Positions 37,953-52,712 of a DNA stretch of 64,000 nt are shown here, in pieces. Origin of the DNA: Raillietiella orientalis (taxonomy: Eukaryota); assembly GCA_036172245.1 (NCBI GenBank), contig JAYWIR010000014.1, positions 1,922,001 to 1,986,000 of the forward strand, in the 5' to 3' direction. The notes below the pieces were generated by a model, which had not been told where the DNA came from, did not search any database, and saw only the letters and a list, made by a program, of their open reading frames with translations. The number at the start of each line of letters is the position of its first letter. Position 1 is the first letter of the stretch. Made by a program: the position numbers and the translations under genes.

Positions 37953-38805
37953 CTAGCTTCCGAAAGAAGACTTGTTTAAGCTTTTAAGATAAATTTAAAA
38001 GCTTAAAAAAGTTCCACTCGATGTCGAAAGAATTCCTTTTTCTTCTTTAATTTCTGCAGTAATGTGATCGAGTGATTTATAGAATACTAATATACGTCCT
38101 TGCACATTTTGGTATGATAACATGAGTCAAATTTCGTATTTTTCAATGTAGTTGAACTTTATGTTTCTCAAAACTGTTGTCTTCTTTTCGAGTCATACTA
38201 TAGCTATCGCACACAATATGTAGTTTAGTTTCTAATGTTTCTTGTTTGTAAACAAGGAATTTTTGGCATTTTCAATGATTTTCGAGAATTTATCTGAAAT
38301 TTCAGCATTTCAGCATAATTACCATACAAATGACATTTATTTGAAACTTACTTTAATTTACATTAAAGGTTAAAAATTTTGTAGACAGCATGCATCTTTC
38401 AGATAACTCCACTGTACTGCATGGTTTGAAATTCAATTATTATTCACATTTAATTAAAATATATATAAGTAATGCAGTGCAAACAAAGCAATACAGTTTC
38501 CTGTTCAGGGAGTTCAGGTGACAAGAGACAATGCTGCTATGTTTATTGCATTCTTCAAATAAATTATTTTTCATTTCATATTTTTCTAATTTTCATTCCA
38601 CATGAAATAAAAATTCAACATCCATTCATATAAATTTTAAGTATTGCAATTCATTTCTCTACTTGAAGTTTTGCTTGTACACAAAGAATTTAGATAATAA
38701 GTATTCGCTAAATTGTTGCATTGATAAACCTGACATCACTTTTTCCGTGAAGGAAGCATATGTGTGCTTTGAAAAATTTGCGTATGGTATAACCACATCT
38801 GGAAA

Positions 38806-39223
38806 ATGGATAAAGTAAAACTTGCTAGAGTAAGTATACTATATACAAATTTCTGTTTCAGTTTTTGCATAGATTGTCATGATTTTTCGCTAAGAATTTT
38901 TGCTTTTACGATCATTCGTCTAATGCCCCAAATACTGTCAAAAACATCACGTGTAGCATAATAAAGTTGATTGAAATGTACCTCAGTACTTAACTCATGC
39001 TTCCTTAGGTTACAAAAATAATAGGCCGCACAGGATCACAGGGGCAATGTACGCAGGTATTTCATTTAAACTAAAGCAGTATGTTTTGATGTTTCGAAAG
39101 GTACGTGTCGAATTCTTAGATGAGTCTTCACGATGTATTATACGGAACGTGAAGGGACCTGTGAGAGAGAATGATATTCTTCCTCTCCTAGAGTCCGAAA
39201 GAGAAGCAAGGAAACTAAGATAA
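38806..39223 (+). CDS. RPS28: 40S ribosomal protein S28 (3 short exons, not in the ORF track)
   Basis: Exons 38806-38829, 39009-39056 and 39101-39223 give [64 protein letters not shown]. Confidence 0.95.
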
Positions 39224-39461
39224 AATGTAATTGATTTTGCCCCTTGTTTGTTTTTGACTAATGTTATCTTTCAGACCCAATGCACGTATGCTGAATAACA
39301 ACGAAAACGGCAGTTAATAAATTTTTCCTTTAGAATATTTTCTGTGTGTTTATTCAATTTTTTTCTTTCTTGATTTTTTAGAGTTACATCCATCATCCCT
39401 AATTTTTCTGCTAAAAATTGGCAAATTTAATCTTTGTAAATTAAGATATATAGGCCACTTA

Positions 39462-41310
39462 ATGGCAAAGTCAAAGAAAATAGGTACTCACAATGGTGCA
39501 TTTCATTGTGATGATGTGCTGGCATGTGTACTTTTAAAGTTTCTTCCCGATTATGCCAGTGCAGAAATAGTCAGGTGTGTAATGAAAAATACAGTTATTC
39601 CAGAATTATTGTGTGATAATGTCTTATGTAGATCAAGAGATCCTGCAGTATTAGAATTGTGTGACGTAGTAGCAGATGTTGGTGGAACATACGACTTGGG
39701 TAAACTTAGATTTGATCACCATCAAAGGTAGGAATTATGTGACAATGCAACAATTTATAAAAATCATTTACAATTTTACATTTCCCTCCTCCCCTCACCG
39801 TTTGTGTGGAGAATTCATTTTGATGTAATCATAATCACCAGTTCAAAAAATTGTTCTATATATAAAACATTTGAATTCAATTATTGTATTCAAAGTTTAG
39901 ATGATTTTTACTTTCAATTTGCCAAGGCTTCTCTCCCAAATTCTTGTCAAAAAAGCTACAGTTAGCATTTTGATTTTGATTTGGAATCACTGGTACACTT
40001 TTATATGGCAAGCTTCTTTGTCAAACAAAACCATCTATCAAGGCTTGGTTCAGCATGCCATGAGCTAACAAATTTGCACAGATGAGAATATAGATAGATA
40101 GGCTTTACAAAGGAAAGTTATTTTTCAGACTTGAAGTTTATTATCTGGCGATATTTAAATCTTTCACTGTAAAGAATTATCCCTGAATCGCAATCTGTTG
40201 TGTATTATTTCAGTTTCATTTGTATTAACGAACAATCTACTGCTAAATGCTAAATTATAATGCTAAATTATTTATCACATGTTCTAGAACATTTCATGAA
40301 ACTATGCATTCCCTTGATGCAAAAAAGCCATGGACTACTAAACTAAGTAGTGCTGGATTAGTTTACTTTCATTTTGGCGCAAAAATCTTGTCTACTCTTT
40401 TAAATCTGGAGCCAGTACATCAGTTCATTGAGAAAATATATGGCAAGCTATATGAAGACTTTATTGAAGCAGTGGATGCTATAGATAATGGAATAAGCAT
40501 TTGTGAAGGAAAACCAAAGTATATATTAAATATCTAGTTTGCACTAAATTGACTTTTGTATAGATATCGTATCACCACAGATCTGAGTTCAAGAGTTTCA
40601 CATTTGCTTCCATCTTGGAATGATCCTGAAAAAGACTTCAAGACTGCATTTGTTAAAGCATCAGAATTAGTCAAACAAGAATTTTTGGAAAGAATTGATT
40701 ATTATAAAAATTCATGGATTCCAGCATTTGAACTTGTGAAAGCTGCTGTAGAAAAAAGATTTGAGGTAGCTGATTCTTATTTGCTTGATTGTCGCATGTT
40801 TACACTAAGAGAAAATTTCACTTTCATTGCTGCAGTGATTTAGATTGCTTTTTATTCTTATATGAAAACAATATTCAGGTTGATAAAAAAGGAGAAATCA
40901 TCATCTTGGATGCTGGAGGTATTCCATGGAAGGAACACTTACAAGATCTAGAATCTGAAGAAGGAATTGAAGGATGTATCAAGTATGTTTTATATAAGGA
41001 TGTGGGAAAGGAATGGCGTGTACATGCAGTACCTGTGTCACCCAGTAGTTTTCAGCTGAGGTTAAGTATCTGGCTTATGTTGACAAAATATAGAATGTTA
41101 CAACTTTGCAGATTACCGCTACCTGAGAAATGGAGAGGCTTGACAGGCAAGCAGCTGGAGGAGGCCACTGGTATATCCGAAAGTACTTTTGTTCATGCAA
41201 GTGGATTTATTGGATCATGTAAAACTAAAGAAGCTGCTTTAATTATGGCACAAAAAGCACTAAATACATCTTTTTCCCTTTCTTATAGACTAGTCTATTT
41301 CTATTTCTAG
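39462..41310 (+). CDS. MYG1: MYG1 exonuclease, multi-exon
   Basis: [54 protein letters not shown]. Confidence 0.95.
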
Positions 41311-44300
41311 TCATTTTCTCATTCAGTTTGTTTTCTACTAAATCTTGTTAGGTTTTAATTATTTAATCTTGTTGTTACCACAAGAATGATCCTAAGTTTG
41401 TATTTGATTTTCTTTTAATTCAAAGCTTTCTCAGTACTCTTAACTAAAAAATTTTTGAATGATCCAAGCATGGTCATTTAAATACGACCTTGTTATCTCA
41501 TGTTCAATAATTTAAATATAATGAAAAATCCATATAATTAACAGGTTTTCTCCTCCTGAGTCACCAAGAATATCTGCACAAAATCAATTTTCCCTATTGT
41601 AATATTAATTGATTTTGTGCAGATATTCTTAGGTGTCTTAGGAGTGACTTAGGAGGCCAAACCTTTTAATAATACGGATTTTTTAGTAACATAGCTCTCA
41701 ATTTGTACTATTACAAGCAAATAGTATGCTTCTTTTGATAATAGCATCAGTTAAAGGGGCAATTTTACATGCAGCTTGGGATGGAAAAACAATGAATGTG
41801 TTAAAATTTTTTAACACCTTCACTGTTTTTTTTTTCTTTATCACAAGCTACAATGTAGAATGAACATGCTTAAATTACATCGTTTTTGCCAAATTTTTGC
41901 TTGTGAAACTTGTTTATACCTTTACAGTACAAACTATGGAGACCTGCTAGGCCAAAATATCCATAAAAATAGTATCGAGTTAACTAAACCTGATGAATTA
42001 GAAGAATGATAAAATTTACATCATGGAAGGACTCTACAAGATTCACTTTTTCTTTTTGAATCCTGGAAACAATTATCGAAAAACTGATAAATAATCTAGT
42101 TGACTCGAAAAAATTGTATTAGACAAACATACTTAATGCTAAAGGAGTTAGTGTAAAATCATACAAATGTAAGCACCATTTATGAAAAGGTGAAGTAATT
42201 TTCATGGCTTTGATTGTTACATGCATTTAATGCATGATTGTTAAATTAATTTACTTAATCATGACTGTTACATTTATTTTCCTTTAAGTTATGCTCACAT
42301 CCAACTAAGCTTTGATTTCATAATTATTTAACTTGAATTTATTTTCTAACTTGCCACTTTATCAACTTGGTTGATCAAGAGGTTATGGATCATTGATTTG
42401 ATATATGCTAGGATCAGCAATTTTTACTGCACTGGTTAGACAGCAGCATTTCCTTTGCAGAGAATTTGAATAAAATTAAATATTATTTTTCTGAATTAAC
42501 ATTTCTGTTCCTCATAATCAGTCATGTAACAACACTTATCACAATCAGAATTACATTATGGTTCACTTCATATGCAAACTTTTTAATGTTTGCCGCTATA
42601 ACACAAGTATAATTTCTTTAACTATATTAACAAGCAGAAAATTGTGAAAAATAGTCCGAATTTCAATTTCAACATCCTCAAGTGTTCACTTTTCAGGTGT
42701 GAATGCCCAACCAAAGTACATTTAAAAAGATACAAAAGGAAAATCGTGAAATGGTTTATTATTTAGAACTTGCTATTTAGTTCATCAATATTACACCATC
42801 TATGATGAATATCAGTCAGTAAATACGTGATAGTGTTGTCATTATCTATGAACTGGCTGTAACTGTGGAAGCACAACAGCAAAAAGTTCATTACTAAAAT
42901 TATGGCATTTTTGGTAAATGAAATCTATTTATTTTCCACTGACAAAGATTTTTTACAATTACTGAATCCATTTCTATATCCCATTCATTCTCTAAACAAG
43001 TTTCTAATCAATTAAAGTGATTTTTCATTATTTATGTTTTTACATGAGGCATTTATGAACATAATTTCAACTTGGAACAGGTAACACAAGTAAAAACATT
43101 AGCAATTTATGCTATCTAATTACATGAATGATAAATAGAGTTTTGACTACTAAAATCAATCAAGATACAATCACGATAATCAGTTAAATGTTGTTTTATA
43201 GCATTTCCTGATCCTATTCAGGGTTAATTAAGTTTCAAAGAATTTAGGTACTGAAAAAAAAAATTAAACGAAATTTAAAAATGATTAAGGCCCTCTAATA
43301 AATAAAATTCTTTATAACCTAATAAAATTCTTTATCTGCATGTATGCAAAGCCCTTTGCCCATTCAGATTTCCATTCAAATTGTTATTTTTATAAGCACA
43401 TTGAGTGATTCAGGGGGAAACACTGAACAAATAATTTTCCTCTACATTCATATCCATATTTGAACCAAACATCGATTAAAATTCCAATCAACGCAAGAAA
43501 TCATAATAATAATTTGAAGATACATCAGTCTAGAGTATGGAATGTGTTTTCATAAATGTAAACAATTAGAGGAGAAACAAAAACTTTCCATGTTTTGATT
43601 TTACAAACCGATTCATTTTTTGTAAGATCAAAGAAAACACATCCCATTGGAACGCTTTTAATATTAAACGGCCTCTGAATCTTTTGGATTCTTCCATGAG
43701 CATTTTTTGCTTAACTTAAAATTCGCTTTGGTGTTTCTCATTACATTGTTTGGTGTTGAAAACATAGAACAATTTGTCAAATTTGGTGAATATAATCATA
43801 AAAAACTGCTTACTACTCATAACTCTTGTACGAATCTACTCACACAAGCGTTATGAGAACTTTCAATTTAGTCGATATAGATACTTCCAGTACATTTATA
43901 ACTAGCTCAGACTTGCGCACTAAAGACTGATTCTTCATAAATCCAGGATTTTTTTTTTGTTATTCAAACAGAGTGTCGTTTAAGGACCCTTTCATTATCC
44001 AGTGTTTAATACACAGTTAACACCCTGATAACTGAATGAAAACAGTAACAAACAGAAAGGTTGCATTTGCCTTAAAACAAAACACACAAAGCGATACGTT
44101 TTTAAAAGCTCGATGAGAACAAAGTTTTATTAGGTCAATCAACTGATCGCAAATAACACTATTTGGTATTCGCTAATTATCTTGTTTGAATCAGTTACAG
44201 TTTACCACTTCAAAATCCTAATGTATCCTGGGGGAATACATGCCATCACATGTCAGATCAAACCGCATAGGTGTGCTCTGAAATCACTTTTCTGTCTTGG

Positions 44301-45340
44301 GGTATTCGTCATCGAAAATACGTACTCCGGCATCACCTTAAGTCTAGGAAATTCTTTTGGACATGACAGAAAGTAAGCAAAACGTGTTTTTTCACTCTAA
44401 TTACAGATTCTTCCATTCTTCTTTTTGCGCCAAAGTTGCCAAATAACGTGATTTGGGTGTGCTCAGTACTGTGCACGTGTACAATAAAAATGACTTCTGC
44501 GCAATACATATGCATTTGTGCATATGCGTACATGTATTTAATATACATGTACATACATATAGATGTATTGCAGTGGAGGTGCAGAAATGGAGTCTATCGG
44601 GGGGGGGGGAGGGGATCTTTCTTTCTCAAACATCTGAAAGAAATACGTAAAAAAGTGATTAGGATTCCATTTTTAGCATGTATTTTTAAAAATTTTTGCT
44701 TTCAAATCTTCAGTTCGCAGACGTGGCATAACTTAGATTTGCATAATCTGGAGTTTTCCCGTAAATTAACACTGTCATTCGTAACATTGCCGTGAAGTAC
44801 AGTCACGTGGTTTTTGCTTGTGCCCATAATTTTAAAGTAGCAGAAGAACCGATATCCGAGAATCAGGTATTATACGATTTCTCAGATTTCCAATTGAAAA
44901 TTTTGATGCCATTCTCATATGAGCCAATTCTTTTTTCCTACATTTTTTTAGTTTGTCATGGCCAAATCACTTTTCTTATAGTCGGGTTTTAAGTTTTCAA
45001 TAACCGGGAAGGCCGTCGAAGGGAATTTTTCTTTTGTTCACGGAAAGAGAATTGGGTCGAAGGAAATCTACGGTACCATTGAGATTTTTAAAAATAAACA
45101 TCCACCTGATAAAGAGAAGCAGAGATAGTTTCTAATTCAGGAATGCGAGTAAAGGTCTGCAGTTATTTGGGGAATCTTGTTGAAAAGAAACAATGTACAA
45201 TTCCATGTATGAAGAAAAGCAATTCACTATCAGATAGAACAGTTTGCCCGTTTCATACGTAAACTCATTCAGTATCGAATAATGCTTAGAATACTTTCGT
45301 ATATACGTGAAAGAAGTGATTGCTTTGCAGTGTGAAAAAC

Positions 45341-45911
45341 ATGCTATGTTTAGGATTCAGGCTTTTTTTGTTTACTGCAATCTCAATTCTTTTTTGTGGG
45401 CGGCACTTGCTATAGTATATATGTTTCCTTTATTAGGCATACCAACTCCTCAAAAATAGCGCTATTGAAGAAAGGGGAAAAAGACCAAATAATAATGCAT
45501 GTAAAATAGGTCTAGAAAGGTCTGCTATACCATTTTATTCTTCACAACTTCATATGGAGTTGAACATCGCCTATAAAAATAACTTGTAACCCCAAAAAGC
45601 AACAACAAAAACAACATACATACCTATATTTTTCATTATTCTAAGTGATTTAGCAAGCGTTTTCCATTATATAAGTATGTATATACTTGGACTTTATAAG
45701 TGAAAACGCATGCTAAATCACTTAAACTAATCAAAAATATAGGTATTTTATATGCATCATCATTTGGTCTTTTTCCCCTTTATTCAGTAGCACTATTTTT
45801 GTGGAGTTGGTATGCCTAATAAAGGAAACATATATACTATAGCAAGTGCCGCCCACAAAAAAGAATTGAGATTGCAGTAAACAAAAAAAGTCTGAATCCC
45901 AAACATAGCAT
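45341..45911. mobile_element. Foldback/MITE-like long inverted repeat
   Basis: Arms ~45341-45508 and ~45744-45911 are near-perfect reverse complements; an inner imperfect hairpin spans 45621-45745. Confidence 0.8.
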
Positions 45912-46999
45912 ATGAAAGCGTATTATCTTCTTCGTAACAGCACTTGATGATTCGTTGATTCCTTCATATCTTCTTAAGCAAACAATCAATATATTAAATA
46001 ACTAATCAAAATCCTCTCAAATTAATTGCATCTGAAAACCTAAAACTGAGAACTGAGGTTTTAGGTTTTTACCTGCTCCAGCGGTACATGCACTCAAATT
46101 GGAACTCAAAAAACTAATCAAGCATTTGGTGTAATTCCATAAATTGCATAATTATATATGTCACCTTACAAGTTCACAAAAATCATAGTTGTCCTTCTGA
46201 CTTTGACTGTTTGTTTTGAGTCCTTTTGACTTGATACTAAAAATTTAGTCACTCTTTATTTTGTGGTCGTGTGAATAAATAATGTTGATTCGAATGAAAA
46301 TCTCGGATGGATGGCAAAAATTATTTCAGATGCTTCCAAGTGTTTCCGACTATCTGGCATTAATGAACGACAACAGTAGCCAGGATGGTATGATAATCAG
46401 AGATAGCATATGAGCTCCTTCAACATCAACATTAAGCGTCAAGGAGATCGTTTTTGGCATTTTTTTTTTAATTTTCTAATTCTCTTTTGCAATTTTCCAA
46501 TTCAAGCGAAAGAGCGAGAGTGTTGCTGTTACGCTTTTATTTCCTGTTTCTTTTCATTATTCATTCGATCATTTTTTAATTACTTCGAAATCAACTGCTT
46601 TCTCCGCTACAAAACTGATAGTTGTTTCAATGATTTGGATTTTCGACTCTATGCCATTGTAAACATTCTTTGGAAAAATAATTATAATGGAAAACGAATA
46701 ATTTAACATACAAGAAAAATCGATATCTTTTCCTGGATTTGGACACTAATAATCTGGGACGAATATATTGAAGTACTATCCCAGAATGATCGTTCTCTGA
46801 AGCTACATTCTGATCCACTACATAATCAGATTACATTTCATAAGACCTAATGGCGTATGCGATGATTCATTAGAGGATTATTCAGGGAATTCAATTGGTA
46901 TTTTTCAAATTCAATGATTTCCTGAAAATTTTTCTTTTCATTGAATTATTGATTTTCTTCGGCGATTATTTATTCCAGAACGCAGGAATTCATTGCTTT

Positions 47000-47950
47000 A
47001 GGATTTTTGTAGATTCATCTGAAAATAAACAAAGAGGTGCCTGGATGTACGTGCAGTTTTCAATGATTTTGAATTTGTTGTATTCGATGGGGTGGATGTT
47101 GCATTTTTTGATACTTGTCATCTTATTCTGAGGACAGCAGTAAAAAAAAAAAGCAAAGAAAAAATTGAAAAACAAATGTAGCCCGTGTTTCCGGACACTG
47201 ATGATGTAGCTCTTTTATCTTGTATTATCTTCTTTCATCCTGTATTGTTGATGGCACTCTGAAAGTTTTTCCGTACGTTTTGAATTCGTTGTGGTATCCC
47301 GCATTCTCACGGCATGGAGACATCACTCTACTGTAGCAAATTGAATTCTTCGCAACCCTTTGTGCCGTGACAAGTGTACAGGGATTCTCTTTAAACCACA
47401 GAGCTTTCTCACTCTTCATGTACCGATTGCTCTCATCCACTTGTAAGCTAATGCTGTACAGATAAGCACTCTTCTAACACCAATATCTAGAAATACAACA
47501 TGAATCGAGTGCAAATTGTACAACTGGGTGGGTATGCAAATAAAGGGTATAAACTGTAATGTAGACATATAACTTATGTGCACCCTTCTTGTTTAGGAGG
47601 AAATTGGGAAAGTGAGATTTGCTCCGGAAGGGCAATTTTGTCGAGGGCGTGGCATCTCAAGATTCATTCGTTGCTACGCGTGGCAGTTGCGGTGCTGCTC
47701 ACGACTGAAATGGGATATTGTGTTAAAAGTCGTTGACAACCAACACATCAGCACAGCGCATCAGGATTTTCTGCAGAGGTTTCCCAGTACAACTTTCAAG
47801 GGGATGTGTACCTTCTTTCATCGTTGGCGACTACGTTCACTCATATTCGCGCGAGATACAAAATAAGTGTTGGCCGTACATGCGTGATCATGGGTTTGTC
47901 ATTCTCCATGAATGTACCTTTGACTTGTTTCTTGCAGTAAGGAATCAAGC
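47000..47950 (-). mobile_element. Possible heavily decayed piggyBac-like transposase relic
   Basis: Weak minus-strand motif echoes in plausible order: PTLILY...V.ANDERRY...KILMRCADVLVVNDF, plus a Cys-containing tail (APLCL). Confidence 0.25.
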
Positions 47951-48499
47951 ATTCCTAACCAGCTTTTACTTCCTCTGCGGGAGGCCAGAAAAAAGAGATG
48001 GATCAGTTGAAATCATATCATCCAGAAGCATCTCGATTTCGAACTATGAAAGAAATTCATAATTATTGCTAAAAATTACTGTAAAGTCTTCCTAACTTTG
48101 GTGTGCTACCTGGTAAATGGAAATTATGATTTCATTGCTACGACCTGTTTCAAAACCGCTGTTAAAATACCACGAAATACATAATTTGGAATTACCGCTT
48201 ACTGTTGTGTGAAACCTGGTTTTAGAATGCAACAAATGTGAGGTTTTAGATTTTTCAGAAGCGGAAATCCTCTTGTACCTTTTTTTTTAAGGGGGGGGGG
48301 TAGCATAATCCTTAACGTCACTTATACACAATCGATGTCAACACGAATTCGAGGATTATGTAATTTGAACTGTAAAAAATTCACGTACGAATATTTCTAT
48401 AGTCTAAATGGGATGAATCTTTCTGACAGATGGGATGTTGATTCGTCGATAAGTTCAGCATTCTTTTTACATAGCAAAGGTGGTAAATAACGCTTGCGT

Positions 48500-51400
48500 G
48501 AAATAGTTATAAAGCCTAGATTAGATGGAAATACTTGTTTTGGAACCAATTCATCTTATAAATATCAAAAGAAGAATAGAAAAACCGACAGCTTTCCATT
48601 CAGTTTTTTTCCAAGAAAATTTATTCGACTAACTGGGAAATCCGTTTTAGTTTCTGGGACAATGTTCAAAAGACCAGCAGCTGTTATTGAAAAAAGTATA
48701 GGAATCTGGAAGAGTGCAGTTTCCTCCGCAATGCCCCAAGTGTTGCTTCAGAATGTACTCTCACTGGAAGGCAATATTTTGCGTTATCTAAATCGAGAAG
48801 TAATGCTATCTAACAACTGTTATCTTGTAGGTAAGCGATGGTTCTTGTAGATGTATTCCTTTTTAACGAATATGATTATGATTATCCGGGCGAAGAGTTT
48901 CATGCACTTGAAAGATCTATCATTGTGCAACGACCAATGATTTTGAAAATTTTCATCCAGTTAGAACTTCGATCATGAGATGAAAAAAAGTACCGTACAA
49001 AGGGAAGAAAAAGATAAAGTACAAAGTCAAGGTCCTTCATGACTCGAGCAGTTTTCATGTCATGTTCTTCCTATTGAAATGCTCTCCATTGCAACTCCCA
49101 GACTCTCGAAGACCGAAAGCCCAGACCGAATTATTTCTGAAGCACAAGATGCTGGAAAGAAGAAAGCATGTTCCAAGCGTGTTCTGGAAAGGAAGTTGCA
49201 TTGTGGTTCTCCGACAGATTCGTTTGAAAGATATCTTCGTAACTGGAAAGTGTGCATTGATTAACATTTGATGTAGCAATACAAAGAAACTTACTCATTA
49301 CCGACAATTTTGCCGGATAGCAGATATGGAAGTGTTATGATATCCTGATTTCTTCGTTGCTACGGATAGCAGATATGGAAGGGGAAGACAAGTCAGAATA
49401 CGAAGACCTTCAAGAGGTCGGTTCAGTTGAAATCAGATACAAGATGCAAGCACTGGAATAATCATACCGCGAGCACCTTATTTTCAGAAAGATGAATTTT
49501 CTTGGTTCATCCAGAAAGGTGTTTACCGAAGCGGTATTTCTCCGAGTTACAGAAGATTTCGGAAAAATATCGATTTAAATCGACTGGAATTTATCAGTTC
49601 TGAAAAAAAATCATCGTGTTAATTTGTGAATAAGGAACACATAAAGGGCAAATCCTTTCAATATAGAGGAAATTCTTTTGAAGTAAGGTGAGGCTGATGT
49701 TCCCAGTGGTGATTTTGGAACGAATAATACTAATGGCTTTCTCCTTCAGTAGTTCAAGGATGATAAAAAACGATGATATGTAAAGAAGGAAATTCAAATT
49801 AGATAATGTAAACGGAGAAAAGCAATCTGTCAATGTGAATCTCTTTTCTGTTTGGAGCGTCGAGCTTCGAGATGGCTAATTGGATGTACTTAGTGGTGCC
49901 GAGTGCACAACGCAATTTGATATGGGTTACAGATTACGGAAATGGACAAAAGATTAAAGGTTGCTGCATGAAGCCTCCAAAACTTCTTCCATAGTCCTAG
50001 CAGCACATGAGCTCGTGGAATTGACCATCAATCCTGTGGAAAACCGAACCTCGAGATCGGAGGGAAGCAAAGCAATAAGGAGCTGCTGCAAGCATTCTTT
50101 ATTGAAAATACGGCGGCGCTCCAATGGATCTCAGAATCGCAAAACCATATTGTCCTGATGAAACATGTGGCCGTAGATCTCCTAGAAACAAACAGGAAAC
50201 GGAAGAGGAAAGTTTCAAGGAATCTAATAACTCCTTGGAGATCGAAAACTGGAATTCAATTTCAGTTCCGTTCCATTCCGATGAAATAGGATAATTAACT
50301 TCAAGTGTTCAGCAGAAAGTGATAGTCAACAAACTTCTGCTTCTTAGTTACTGTTTAAGAGTTTGGCTCTATCGAATGCGGCACATAACTCTCTCGTGCG
50401 AGCAGAAGATGACTGGAATTACTGTGATATTGCAACCTTTCGAAAAATCTCTGTGATAATCTTCTTAGCTTCATGACCTTCCACAGCTGGAAAGAACATC
50501 AACAAAAACAGCGTCTAATGATATCTCGGCATGAGCAAGTGTGCTCGCAGGATGCATATGCATTTGACTGACATTTAGTGGGCTGAAGATCTTCGCAACT
50601 GCCCTATCGCAGTTGCGACACGTTACCGCTCCTCGGTTTCTAAGGGTGGCATTCTTCGTTTATTCGAATGTCGGTGCTCGTACACCTGTGCACAGCGCGT
50701 CTGGAATCCGGTCAAAGCATCCGATCCACTAAAGGTCATACGAAAAAAATGGAGATACGAGGCAGGTGTGAAGGGATACATGCAAGAAGAAAGCAGATTT
50801 TTTTTTTCTTTTGAATCCACGAAGACAGAGGATGGGTTTTTAGAAGCCCGGAAAGCATGCCTACGGCTTGAGACCAGAGAAAGGAGCTTCACAGACGGAA
50901 ACTGGGAAACCGAAAAATTCCATTAACAAATTCCCGATATGAAAGTCGAAAGATTTGCCTTCCTAAGAGTTGTGAAACTGCGCCGAGATCATGGAAAACG
51001 AGCAGTGTTCACACCGGAAGCTGATTTGAGATGAGAGTATGGCTTTAGCCAAACAGTCCATCCTCTAAGATTCCCCCTAATTCTCCGGTGCAATTGGGAA
51101 GGAACAGGGAAGTCAGTGAATCAGTCCGTATCAAGACACGGGAGCACATTTCCAAGGTTGAAGTGAAGGTAATTTAAGTAGTTGCTCTCGATAACGTCAA
51201 GAATCATCTAACGGATATTTCTAGAAAATGTAGAAACACTGCTTGTTAATGTGATAAGGTGAAGAGATAAGGGGAAATTGATTCCTCAGAGAAGCCTTCG
51301 GATTCGGAATCCAGCTTGGTGATGATGTTGGGTTTGGATGAGCAAGCCAGGAGAGGCGCAAGAACTCCGTCTTTGAATTCTCTCATGAAAAATGATCGAA

Positions 51401-51550
51401 ATAGCACAAATTCTGCAAAACATGGATTTGGGGAAAATTTGCATAGTTTGGGAAACCTAAAGGAAGAAAGAACAGATTTTCGAAGGCTCCATAGGAGTGA
51501 AAAAGAAAAGGGTTTATCATGAGACACTGCCAACCACTGGAATGGCATGC
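48500..51550 (-). mobile_element. Highly decayed LINE reverse transcriptase region; boundaries approximate
   Basis: Minus-strand remnants GQYGFAILRS (~50130-50160) and SDL...FHRID (~50030-50070) in RT motif order, with many stops. Confidence 0.45.
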
Positions 51551-52712
51551 ATGCAAATCTTTGTTCCGGTGCACTTTCAGGAAAAAGAAGGAAAAAGGAA
51601 TGCTAGTTTTAACATGATGAAATATCTGGAACATGACCTTGGGAACTACATGCACCACAGTATGACACATGTGAAACAAGTTGCAGCTTGCCATCCGAGA
51701 TAATGGAAAGAATGCAAAACGAAAAGATTAAGAACGAGGCGTCGGGGCAAATGAACATCTGGTAGCCATCACTTGCATTCCAAAGTCAACGAAACAATCT
51801 TTTCAATCGGTCAATGAGACAAGAAAAGGAAGGTAGCACTGCCTTGAACTGAAGCAATTAAACAATTCAGGTTCTTCATTCACAATAGTCAACCCAGCAC
51901 TGGAAGCTGGAGGCTAGACACCAGCTAAAGCTACACAGAATGTGGAATTTCCAAAACGGAAAATAAAAAGAATGATTTTATATTTAAAAGATTCAAAGTA
52001 GACCTTTGAAGTATGCAAAATTCTATAGAAAGATTCTTCTTAAGTGGGATGTGTTGATTCTTGTGTTGATTATGTGTGTAATCGACTTCGCATCAGAGCC
52101 CAAATTAGCAGATGAGGTGATGTAGAGATGAGTACTGAGATAGATGTAGAGAAGTGATTTCTTAGGTGATTTTCGAAAATTATCACATTTTTGATTGCTC
52201 CGTGCAACATGAAAACGCAAATAAAGCTCTATAAAATGTATCGGATTAGAGTATCCAGTTGATTGGCATGGGAATAAAGATGAGTATCTTTATTGTCCTG
52301 GTGTGTGAGATTCACTTGAATTGATGAATCATTTGAAACTGTAAGTCGCAGGAATCGGTTGAAATTAGTTGTATTGAAGATTACCCATTTCTTTGATCCT
52401 CTTCTCGAACTACCTTTGGAGAACGTTGTAGCACACGGAATTCTGCATCCAGAGTTAAAATCTGATATAATTCCGAATTTCCATTTCGATAGCAGAGAAT
52501 GAAATCAGTGCAATAAAGCTATTCATCACGGAACATAAAAAAGATTTGTAATAGAAATCCAGCTTCAGTCTCAGTGAACAGTGTTTCAGATGCTTGTGAA
52601 TCATCATACACCCTTATGTGTTTTGTTATCTTGAAAATAAAAATTTAACATGGGATTTCATAAATTTTACAAGACAATTTGAACCCTCACGTGGCAATTT
52701 TACTTTTACAAG

